From IMG/VR virus record IMGVR_UViG_3300020473_002126, positions 1 through 60,846 of that record: a stretch of DNA of 60,846 nt; one strand, 5' to 3'. Numbering within the stretch: the first letter of the stretch is position 1; the number at the start of each line of letters is the position of its first letter. A model generated the notes under the pieces. That model was not told the DNA's origin. It searched no databases and was given only the letters and a program-made list of their open reading frames with translations. This DNA comes from a virus (Duplodnaviria > Caudoviricetes). Position numbers and translations under genes: made by a program. This document shows positions 48,135 through 58,200 of the stretch, piece by piece.

Positions 48135-51100
48135 TGGGAAAAAAGACTTTAGATTTAGGGCGCCCAAGGCTTTTCACATCTAGCAATATTAGAAAAATAA
48201 TGACTGATTCTGATATGCGAGAGCGAAAACCGATAGACGTCGAAGCAGGCACCACATCATCCTATAGATACGATCCATTGGGTACGGGTCTAAAGTCAAC
48301 ACAGCAGTCAAATATTGATTTTTCTAAGTTTGAGAATCATACGTTTTTTAATTCGGCCATTGTCAATACAAACATTGCTTTTGATAAAATAATAAACTTC
48401 TATCCCTTCGATGGGACAAAAAAAGAAAAAGAATCATTTGAAGACAGGCTTACTGGTTTTGAAAAGCACATTTTAGACACCTGGCCAAAATCTAAGGGGT
48501 ACTTGAGTTTCGGACCACCTGCCAGCGGAAGTTACATATCTGTGGAAGACATGAAAGGAATAACTAACCCGTCTCTTTCTAGAGAAGACACAGCTCAGGC
48601 AGCTCTAGACCCAGGTCAAAAATCAGTATCTATAGAATTTCATATATTGCTTCCTGACAATAGTCAAAAAATAAATAATCAAATAATCTGCCAGAAAATA
48701 GATTCAACAAAGAAATTTGGGTATTCCGTCGCAACACATGAGGCCGCTTCATCACAGTCTTCTTCAGTCATCTTTTCAGTCTGTTCAGGTAGTTCAACTA
48801 TTACTCAAAAGATGCCGATCTCTAGAGGAAGATTTCATCATGTTGCGTTAGTTTTTAATCGAGATAAAAGCTTAGATAGATTATTGCTCTATAGGAATAC
48901 AAAACTAATTGTAACTTCCACAACAAGGTCTGATATAGGGAGTTTTGGTGCGGGCTTTAAGGCTGCCAATCTTTTAATAGGGTCGGGATCATCATTTACG
49001 ACTTCTAGCTATGGATCAGCTGAAAGATTTGTTCCCGGGACAACTTTCACTGGATCACTTGATGAATTTAGAATACATCATAAATCGTTAACTCTTGCTG
49101 ACATAAAAGAAAATTATGTGAGAGATATCGAACAAAATGAAGACTTGGCCGTGTACTTTAAGTTTAATGAACCGACCGGTACACTGGGCAGTTCAACCAG
49201 TACAGTTTTAGATTATTCAGGAAATTCCCTCCACGCTTCAGTGTCTAATTTTCATCACGATATGCGAAGCACCGGATCAGTTGACAATCCGATGGTGGGC
49301 GAAGACAAGCACAACTGCCCTGTTCTTTTCCCCGGGTATTCAGATGTCATCACTAAAAATAAACAACTTCTTGTTACAGCTAGTGCATATGATAACATAA
49401 ATCCAAACTTAATTACACGGCTAGTTCCACCACATTATTTTGACGAAGGAATGATATATCAAGGCTTGGCAAATGTTGATGGTTCGATAACATCTTCTTA
49501 CGGAGGCTCAGGCAGACCCGGCTCCGGTGACTTGGGAACTTATCAAATCCTTTCTGCATTTCTATATACATGGGCAAAACATTTTGATGAGCTGAAAATA
49601 CAAATAGATGCATTTGCCAATATTTTGACAGCAGATTATCGCGATCCAGATACTGTACCAGATCAATTTCTTCCATTTTTAATGAAATATTACGGTTTTG
49701 ATGTGCCCAATATGTTTCAAAAGAGTTCAACATCACAATATGTCGAAGGAAGAGATCTTAAAACTTTTGCAGGTTTAAGCTCAGAGTCTCTAGCAAAAGT
49801 TCAGTCGAAAATATGGCGACAAGTTTTGTCAAATCTTTCAGAAATAATGAAATCCAAGGGGACTTTAAACAGTGTGAAATCAATTCTTCGCTCTGTGGGA
49901 ATTGACCCTGATTCTTCTTTGAGGATAAGAGAATTCGGAGGACCCACAAGGCGATCATTGAGCGGATCCAGAGCGACTAGAAAAGCTATAAAGGGAATGA
50001 TAAACTTTTCAGGTTCTTTGAAAACAGCACCCGGAACATTGACAACTCAGGGCGTCTCTTTGAACAAGCCGTTTCTAATTTCACCATTCTTATCTGGGTC
50101 TAGAGTTGAACCAGGAATTCCTAATGTTAAGGGTACTTTTGGAAAGAAAAACAAAATAGTAACCGGTACAAATGTGCCAGCTGACGGGTTTTACACGTCT
50201 GGATCATGGACTTATGAGGCAATGTACAGGTTCCCGCAGAGGTTGACTGGATCGATGATTCTAACCCAGAGTTTAGTTAGACTGGGTGTAACGGGAACAT
50301 CAGCTCCATCAAACAAAAACGGTATCGTTTTAAATCTAGTACTAGTATCAGGATCAGAAGTAACTGGATCGAGACTGACACTTCATGCAAGACCAGGCCG
50401 AGATGTAAGTACATCAGCTTCTAAGTTTTTTGAACTCACTCTAACTGGAACCGAGATGATGAACGGAGATTTATGGTGGGTTTCTTTTGGTAGAACTAGA
50501 AACGATCTTATTTCAACCCCAAATTCATCTTCTTATTTTCTGAGAGCTGCATGTCCAAACTTAGGTGAAATAAATACAAACAAACTGTATATGACTTCGT
50601 CTTTCTTCCAAGAATCAACGAATAAAAACAACATAGTCTTTTCTAATAAATCAGTGCATAACCTATCAGGTGCCTTCATATTGATAGGATCGCAGAGCCT
50701 TGATTTGACTTCTAACTATTTCTTGCACAGAGACGTTACAGGTGACACAAGAAAATCTAATGAAATACATGCAACTGATTTCATGGGTCAAGTTTCAAAT
50801 GTTCGATTTTGGTCTAAAGCGTTGGCTGAAGATGAATGGCAAGAGCACGTCAGAAATTACAAATCTTTAGGCGTAAGAAACCCAGCAGTCAACTTTAACT
50901 TTACCACTAAGATATCCGGGTCTTTTGAAAAGCTTCGAATGGATGTTTCCGCCGATCAGACTATTACCGGATCAAACGCTTCAAGGCAAATAACTTTTAC
51001 CGACTATAGTCAGAATTACAATCATCTCACAGGGACGGGTTTTGAGGTAAGTGCTTCAATTATAAAACCCGTGGATCTTTACTATACACATCTAACGACA

Positions 51101-51655
51101 AAGATTGATGAGTTAGTTGCAAGTAACAAGATACGAGTTCGAGGTTTTTCTAATTTTAGCAAAGCTAAAAATGCTGATGTTGAAGTGGCACCTGTCTATG
51201 CCTTAAATAAATCAGAAGAACCACTTGATGACCCGAGATTTAGTGTTGATTTCTCTGTTGTTGACGCTCTTGATGAAGACATTGTTTCCATATTTGGAAC
51301 TCTAGAATTCTTAGACAATGCTATCGGAGATCCTGAGTTAATATTTTCAAATGACTACCCCAAACTTGATCATTTGAGGTACGTATATTTTGATAAATTG
51401 ACAGGCGTGATCAATCATCAACGGTTTTTTGAGTTCTTTAAGTGGTTTGATACTACAATAGGTTCTTTTATAGAAAATGTACTACCTAGAAAAACTAGTT
51501 TCCTTGGGACAAATTTTGTGATAGAATCACATATGCTTGAGCGCCCAAAGATGGAATACTTCTTTAATAAGCAGTATTTGAACGAATCTGATAGGCGGGG
51601 ACTCAAGGGGACAATAACTTTAACACAATATACTGGCGATGTTAAGAAGTTTTAG
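48134..51655 (+). CDS. Large baseplate protein with LamG/ConA domains and a tail protein I/gp7-like segment
   Basis: FHHVALVF, FTGSLDEFRI, YFKFNE, DYSGN; PDQFLPFLMKYYGF...KSKGT...LRSVG; VIESHMLERPK. Confidence 0.8.
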   Translation: MGKKTLDLGRPRLFTSSNIRKIMTDSDMRERKPIDVEAGTTSSYRYDPLGTGLKSTQQSNIDFSKFENHTFFNSAIVNTNIAFDKIINFYPFDGTKKEKESFEDRLTGFEKHILDTWPKSKGYLSFGPPASGSYISVEDMKGITNPSLSREDTAQAALDPGQKSVSIEFHILLPDNSQKINNQIICQKIDSTKKFGYSVATHEAASSQSSSVIFSVCSGSSTITQKMPISRGRFHHVALVFNRDKSLDRLLLYRNTKLIVTSTTRSDIGSFGAGFKAANLLIGSGSSFTTSSYGSAERFVPGTTFTGSLDEFRIHHKSLTLADIKENYVRDIEQNEDLAVYFKFNEPTGTLGSSTSTVLDYSGNSLHASVSNFHHDMRSTGSVDNPMVGEDKHNCPVLFPGYSDVITKNKQLLVTASAYDNINPNLITRLVPPHYFDEGMIYQGLANVDGSITSSYGGSGRPGSGDLGTYQILSAFLYTWAKHFDELKIQIDAFANILTADYRDPDTVPDQFLPFLMKYYGFDVPNMFQKSSTSQYVEGRDLKTFAGLSSESLAKVQSKIWRQVLSNLSEIMKSKGTLNSVKSILRSVGIDPDSSLRIREFGGPTRRSLSGSRATRKAIKGMINFSGSLKTAPGTLTTQGVSLNKPFLISPFLSGSRVEPGIPNVKGTFGKKNKIVTGTNVPADGFYTSGSWTYEAMYRFPQRLTGSMILTQSLVRLGVTGTSAPSNKNGIVLNLVLVSGSEVTGSRLTLHARPGRDVSTSASKFFELTLTGTEMMNGDLWWVSFGRTRNDLISTPNSSSYFLRAACPNLGEINTNKLYMTSSFFQESTNKNNIVFSNKSVHNLSGAFILIGSQSLDLTSNYFLHRDVTGDTRKSNEIHATDFMGQVSNVRFWSKALAEDEWQEHVRNYKSLGVRNPAVNFNFTTKISGSFEKLRMDVSADQTITGSNASRQITFTDYSQNYNHLTGTGFEVSASIIKPVDLYYTHLTTKIDELVASNKIRVRGFSNFSKAKNADVEVAPVYALNKSEEPLDDPRFSVDFSVVDALDEDIVSIFGTLEFLDNAIGDPELIFSNDYPKLDHLRYVYFDKLTGVINHQRFFEFFKWFDTTIGSFIENVLPRKTSFLGTNFVIESHMLERPKMEYFFNKQYLNESDRRGLKGTITLTQYTGDVKKF

Positions 51656-51663
51656 ATAATTAA
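51656..51663 (+). promoter_or_regulatory. Candidate phage late promoter ATAATTAA
   Basis: Starts the 16 nt gap before ATG 51672; no Shine-Dalgarno. Confidence 0.3.
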
Positions 51664-51671
51664 TCACTGTT

Positions 51672-54600
51672 ATGGCAAAGAAACCTTCATGGAAATCTAG
51701 AGAAGTAGTCGAACCCTACGTTGAAAAACAAGGGACAAACCGAAAACTTCATACTATACGAAAACTGGGCCCTGCTAGAGAAGCGCCCGATCTAAAGCTG
51801 GGTTTCAAGACTAAAAACGGTTTCGAGTACGGTCAAACAGCAAATCTCGTAATGTGGATGCGGGCCCAAAAATCAGGTGTGCCAACTGATGGTACTGGTA
51901 ATCACACAATACAACACACAACGGGCTCAGCTGATCATAACGGGATCCAAGGCGCCGATGGAAGCCTCCTGACAACAAAAGATGATACGCCCTTTGTAAG
52001 GTTTACACCAAAACCTTATCGATCTCTAACAAGAGCAATAGTTTTCAATTCAGGTTCAGGCGACCGACACTTTTTACACGTAACATCATCACAGTACACA
52101 ACACTAGCTAGCGGAACAGCTGGAACAAAAAACAAGTCGATGACTTGGAACGTGTGGGTCAAGCCACGATTGACGGGTACTCATGCAGGAAACACAAGAA
52201 GATATATCTTTAGAAAACAGTCAGGTTCAGCAGCTGCGACTAATAGAGAATATTCTCTTTCTATAGACCCAGATGCAAAGCTCGTATTTCAACTTTGGGA
52301 TGAGTCTACAAGTAAACATGTCTTAAAAACAACAGATCTTCGCATATCAGGTTCAGGAATACAAACAGGGGTTTGGCAGAACATCTGTGTGACATACTCG
52401 GGTAAAACTGGATCGTACACCCATCAAGGCATCAAGATGTACAGGAACGGTAACCTGGTGTCTTCTGGGAACGCTGGTACAACACAGTCAGGTTATGTAG
52501 CTACAGAAAATGCAGGCGGCGACTTAGTTATTGGAACTGCATTTACTGGCTCCACGACAGCAAATAATTTCTTTGCTGGAAAAATGGCAGAGTTCAGTAT
52601 GTGGCACACAGCGCTGACAGAGAAAGAAGTAAAAGCTCTATATGATGCTAGAAAATTCTTTGGAAGAATGGATACGACTGCTATCGATCATCTTCGCCAA
52701 GGTGTGAGCATTTTAAGTAGTAAGCAGCGATGGCGTTCTTCCAATGCACCAAAAATTAGCGGCATATCAAGATTAAGCACAGATGATGTAATATCACACG
52801 AACAAGATAAAAATATATACGGAGATGCAAAGCTATTCAGAGACGATACTCCTTTTGAAGAGTTAGCTGATGCCGAGAGGCTCAGAAAGGATATATCTCG
52901 TACTGTGGTAGGATCCAAAGCTTCCGCCTCGCTAGAGTTTAGGGGATATCAGCCGATCAAGAGCGGGTCTTCCATGGCAAATGGTTTAATTTTAACAGGG
53001 GCAAATGGAACAAAATCTGTTTTCTACTTTGAAAGAAAGGGCCAGCTTTCCTCTGCAAACACCACAGCGTTCAAGGCCAGTGGATTCCACGCCGTCACCG
53101 TCACCGCAGCCTCACTGACTTTGGCAACAGGCAACCTCGGCCGAGGCGAGTTATGGGCAGCCGCATTCACATCTGCAGTAAACGGTCAAACAAATTCCAA
53201 TCAAATTGTTGCAAGAAGAGTGGGAAATGTTGTAAAGTTAACTAGTACTGTAACGGGAACTGCCGGCAACACGTATATCTCCCCGCGCATACTTAGAGCC
53301 GCCACTACATCTGTAACAGGGGTCGCAACATTATTTGAAAATAGAAAAAACGATGCCTCTATTTACCCGTCTGCTTTTAGCTTTATAACAGGTACGTTTA
53401 ATACGGCCAGTGTTGGTGCAACTCCAGGTCGGGATGGTGTTCTAACATTTAGGGGCGGCAATTCGACAATGAAGCATGTTGTGACCCGCGCTCTTGGTGG
53501 TGCTATCGATTACATGCAAGACAATGGCCACCAACAGTATCCTGTGATCATAACAAATGTTTCAATGAGAGACCCAGCTCAGTTTGATGGAAACATCGAA
53601 CCCCTTCCAATCAGAACTAAAGTTTCTTGGGCTTCACCTGAAGCTCCTTTTCTTGCTAGAGACGTTCGAGCATCATTCATGGGAGGCGAAGGAAGCGTGC
53701 TCTTTGGATCGACAATTATTGAGCAGAAATATGACAATAAAAACCCAGCAAAACAAGTGTCAACGCCATTGTCTGCTCCTCACGGGGCCAGAAGAGATGA
53801 TAAAGTAACAGATCCATTTATTGATGCGCAAGAAAATATCTTTGGCCTTGGTGCTAAGCCGGCGTATGCTTACCTTAGATTTAATAAAGTCCCCCACAAT
53901 AGAGACAAGATTATATTGACAGACACAAAAGGGAAGGCTGTGTGTTTTGAATTTGTCAACAGCACGTCTAGGTCAACAGGTACTTTTGGAAAGTTAAGAA
54001 ATAGACCTTCTTCGAGCGGAACAGGAAGGGGGACATGGCGTGTTCTCTTAACATCATCAGCCGGTACTGGCTTAACAACGGGTTCCCAAACAAAGTCTCA
54101 AGTTACTAGAGCGATGCACCTCTTTAGGATGGAATTGCATCACGCATATAATTTAGGTAGACTGGCAATATCAGGATCTGATAGAGCCTACAAAGAGACA
54201 GCATTCGATGCAGACGGGAAACCAATTAATGATCCGAGTACAAATCGCCCTAGAGTTGTAACGTATCCCAATTCTGGCTCAAATCGGTCGAACACATACG
54301 TACGCCTAGACCAAAAAGCATCAGGTTCAGACGGAAATAGGCGAATAGACTTTCGGGCGAGAGGTTTTAGTTCAGGGACTTATATTGTCAATAACGTGAC
54401 AGCATCAGAAGCATATAGATCAATTGTATCACAATTTTCCGGAGCAACAACGTACAGAAACTTTAGAACAAGAATAAAGTTTGTCAGACAAAAAGCCAAA
54501 AAGATGGGGATTGCATTTGTAAGTGGATCGGATGCATTTAACCTTCCAGTAGACGGATATATTTCAGATATCGAAAGAAAAGCGGAACCATTCAAAGACA

Positions 54601-55259
54601 CACTTTCGCAATTTACAAAATATGTAATGAGTTCAAAAGCAGCAAGTGTGAGAATTCGTGTGCACAGTCGAGCTGGCTTTGATGCCCGACATGGTCTAAA
54701 GTTCGCAGATGCAGATGGCAATATTTTTTCTGCTTCCATTGATAGTTCGAAGACTATTGAGCAGTCTACTTCAACAAAAATAGGCTACTCAAATGCTAGT
54801 ACAACTGCAAAACTAGCTAGAGCAATTTACGGATCATTGCATCATGCTATGACATACGGTGTAACTGCAGCATCTACAGGATCAGCCTCAAGCGGCGGAA
54901 ATAAGTTAAAAATCCAATTGGGCTACACTCATGGAACCTCAGGAATATCTAGACACCTATTTTTGTCTCAATCAACACCAGGGCCTGCCGGCAACAACAC
55001 AATTACCCTTAGTCTGCCTGATGTATCATATATTCGAGCATATGCAGGTGACACAGATGTTCCTTCAAACCGCACAACTGGATTTACTGAAGGAGCCGCC
55101 GAAATCGGTGGCCCCCACGCAATACTGACGTCGACTATGAGAGGGACTAGAGAGTGGACTGATTTAAGCCATGGTTACAAATCATCCGGTGCAGGGTTTA
55201 CTTATGATAACGACGTTTTCGGAACAGATTCAATAGCATTCGGTGGAAAAAAGAGATGA
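51672..55259 (+). CDS. Large LamG-domain virion protein
   Basis: MTWNVWVKP, WQNICVTY, KMYRNG, FAGKMAEFSMWHTALT; Ser/Thr/Gly rich; C-terminal GFTYDN...GTDSIAFGG. Confidence 0.8.
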   Translation: MAKKPSWKSREVVEPYVEKQGTNRKLHTIRKLGPAREAPDLKLGFKTKNGFEYGQTANLVMWMRAQKSGVPTDGTGNHTIQHTTGSADHNGIQGADGSLLTTKDDTPFVRFTPKPYRSLTRAIVFNSGSGDRHFLHVTSSQYTTLASGTAGTKNKSMTWNVWVKPRLTGTHAGNTRRYIFRKQSGSAAATNREYSLSIDPDAKLVFQLWDESTSKHVLKTTDLRISGSGIQTGVWQNICVTYSGKTGSYTHQGIKMYRNGNLVSSGNAGTTQSGYVATENAGGDLVIGTAFTGSTTANNFFAGKMAEFSMWHTALTEKEVKALYDARKFFGRMDTTAIDHLRQGVSILSSKQRWRSSNAPKISGISRLSTDDVISHEQDKNIYGDAKLFRDDTPFEELADAERLRKDISRTVVGSKASASLEFRGYQPIKSGSSMANGLILTGANGTKSVFYFERKGQLSSANTTAFKASGFHAVTVTAASLTLATGNLGRGELWAAAFTSAVNGQTNSNQIVARRVGNVVKLTSTVTGTAGNTYISPRILRAATTSVTGVATLFENRKNDASIYPSAFSFITGTFNTASVGATPGRDGVLTFRGGNSTMKHVVTRALGGAIDYMQDNGHQQYPVIITNVSMRDPAQFDGNIEPLPIRTKVSWASPEAPFLARDVRASFMGGEGSVLFGSTIIEQKYDNKNPAKQVSTPLSAPHGARRDDKVTDPFIDAQENIFGLGAKPAYAYLRFNKVPHNRDKIILTDTKGKAVCFEFVNSTSRSTGTFGKLRNRPSSSGTGRGTWRVLLTSSAGTGLTTGSQTKSQVTRAMHLFRMELHHAYNLGRLAISGSDRAYKETAFDADGKPINDPSTNRPRVVTYPNSGSNRSNTYVRLDQKASGSDGNRRIDFRARGFSSGTYIVNNVTASEAYRSIVSQFSGATTYRNFRTRIKFVRQKAKKMGIAFVSGSDAFNLPVDGYISDIERKAEPFKDTLSQFTKYVMSSKAASVRIRVHSRAGFDARHGLKFADADGNIFSASIDSSKTIEQSTSTKIGYSNASTTAKLARAIYGSLHHAMTYGVTAASTGSASSGGNKLKIQLGYTHGTSGISRHLFLSQSTPGPAGNNTITLSLPDVSYIRAYAGDTDVPSNRTTGFTEGAAEIGGPHAILTSTMRGTREWTDLSHGYKSSGAGFTYDNDVFGTDSIAFGGKKR

Positions 55260-58200
55260 GCGACACAAGACTTAATAGACAAAAGTTAGTAAATTTTCAC
55301 CCAACTGGGTCCAACATAGTCAGCGCCCTTAACGGTAGTCACTGGGACGGATCGACTACAAAACGTCCTCTGATGTATCTGTCTATGAATGATGTATCTG
55401 GTACTGACATAGGCGCATCCGGAGGCTATTTACATGACCGCTCCGGACAGGCTAATCACGCTGAAATTTATCACGCTACAGGGACTAATGCTACTGGAAA
55501 ACCATCAACATGGCATCATGAAGATGTACCATGGGGACCTTCTCTAAGGAGGGGAATACACAAGTATTCGATTCAGATCAATGAAATGACTGGGTCAAAA
55601 ACTGCTGCAAACTGGAATCTCCATTGGGCTGCAGCAACTAATCAGACAACCGCTAGAATTTATCACCCAGTTTCTATCAACCTTACAAAGTCTGACGGCA
55701 CAGTAGCTACAGGCCAGTCTGAAGATATTGTATTTGAAAATGAATATACTTCAATGGTTTGGATAAAGCCTTCTAGATCAATATTCACAACTGTTGACGG
55801 TGACAAAGTCGGAATGGCTCTCTTTAATTTCACAAATCAAGAAATGCTATGGTACCGTCTCGAGGACGGCGCTTTAGCATGGGAAGTAGATGACCCCGCG
55901 TCGGGCAGAGATGACGAATACAACTACCAGCTAAGGACAAAGAAAAAGAGTCTTTTAAAACCTGACAAGTGGTATCATTTAGCAATTTCAAGGGATGTAA
56001 AGGGAGGCAAGCCACCTAGAATATACTTGAACGGAAAGCGTCTAACACTTGATTTTAATGTTAGCTGGGGAGGCTCCTCAAACACAGACGGTCTTCCTGG
56101 TAGTTCAACAAACTACATATCTCATATTTTTGGTGCCTGGACGGAAAATAGATGGGATGTAAACCCAGATGACAGCGACGGTTATGTTAACAAAAGACAC
56201 TTTATTGGAAGGATAGCGCAGTGGATCACTTGGCCCATTCAACTGTCCGATCGAGATATCTACACGATCTACGGAGCGTGTCTAGGTGCCTATGAAAGAA
56301 AGTCAGGCGTGTTAGACGTAATTCCCCAGAGAGAACGTCTTTACATTCAGGATAATAAGACAGGATCCTACCCGACAATTCAGCGATCAGGAATTGACAA
56401 TCGCCATGGAAGTTACAACGTTTCTTACGATGACACTAATACAATTATCTTCAAGAAGCATGCAGATATCTTTCCTGGAGAATTAGACAAAGTCAACAAG
56501 GGCGCTGTGAGAAAAGAAAGGCTCATGGCATGGTGGCGATTACAGAACCTTGCTGCTTCATCAAGTCACACCTCGTGGAAGGGTAGAATCAAGATAGGGA
56601 CTACACTTTATAACGACGTCGCAACGTCGATGGTGGGCAATGGCTCGATGGTTAACATCACTGGTTCAAAAGGACACCCTGGCGCTGGAGACCAGAGACT
56701 TTTAGATTCAGGACAGTGGGGCCTTACAGGGACGCTGTTTGGTAACGCTACATTTACAACTGATCAAAGATTTGCCAAGTCATTTACAACAAGCTCTAAG
56801 GGTCCGTTCACAAAACCTCGTGAAGAAGACTTGAAACTTATGAGCCCCGATCAACTATCCCGATGGGGAGGCCAAAGAGCTCTTTTCCTACCCCAGACTG
56901 GAACCATGGCATCGTATGTTTCATTTACTGATAATGTCGTTCCAAAGATGCGTCTTGTTAGAGACTTTAAAAATGGTCGCAGAAGAGATAAGCCCTGGAC
57001 AATGTCGATGTGGTTTAAAGTTCAAGATAAGGGGAATCATCATGATGATGCCATAAGCAACGACTACCACGGCTTCTTTACTATCGAGAATGACACGTCT
57101 GGAACTCTATCTCGTGCCAGAATTAAAAGAGATCTAGACACAGGTAGGTGGTCCATTAAGTGGTGGGTGTACGGTATTGACGACGAGACTGCTGACTTAT
57201 CCACTGTCTCTGTAGAAACGAACAATCTTTACGCAAACGGTCAATATTTTAAGACTGTCCCTACTGGCTCACTACCCAACAGGGGCCTACCAGAAGGTTG
57301 GCATCATATAGCCTTTGTCTACAGAGGTGGTAAAGTCAGAAGATCTAATGCACACTGGCGCGGCAAAATAAAATCTTTGTTTAAGCTTGTAGGTTTTCTG
57401 CCAATTGTTAATCCTAAAGTCCGCGGCGGCCGAATGCAAATTTGGCTAAACGGAAAGCAGCTTGTCACATCTGCAACTTTAGGCAATGTGAATAGCTTCA
57501 AAAGAATTAAAGAACCTCACCCGACTATTTCTGATGGAAAAAATGTCGTCCTCGGCCACTACTCTGTAAAAGCAGCAAGGACTGCAGCTAACACAGGAAT
57601 GACAGGCTCATTTTCTGGATCCCTCGCTGAGGTTGCTTTCTTTGATCGGGCCTTAAAGAAGCCAGGGATCAACAGGATTGTTAATAACGGCAAGTTCACG
57701 CCAGAAATTAACGTGACTGACTTCCCAATGATGCTTGATAGAGATCATCCTCAAATGGACAGAATGCCTGTAACAGACCTAAAGACATTCGGGTCAACCC
57801 GCCCAGGAATATCAGACACAAGGGTGACTTTCACAAAGGGCGACGACCTAGTACCCTTCGATGATCGAAAGACCCTCATCGCGACAGGATCAAATCTTAT
57901 TGGGACTCCTTCGCACATTTATCCGGATCTCGAAGCACCTCTGGCGTCAAAAGCTTCATTCACAGTCAATATAACCCCAAAACACGACATGGTTCTGACA
58001 AAGTGGATGCACACAGGACCGGCATACGGTACTGCGGTTGGGTCTTGGGACGACGAAACAGCTAAACACTGGAATGTTGGAAGAAGCACACTCCGTGCTA
58101 TGGCGAGAGAATACGAAGGTTCCGACGCGATATCAGCAAATGAGAATGATGGTCATAACGGTTCGGGTGGTGGTTCCGCTGGAACACACTGGTTAGATTC

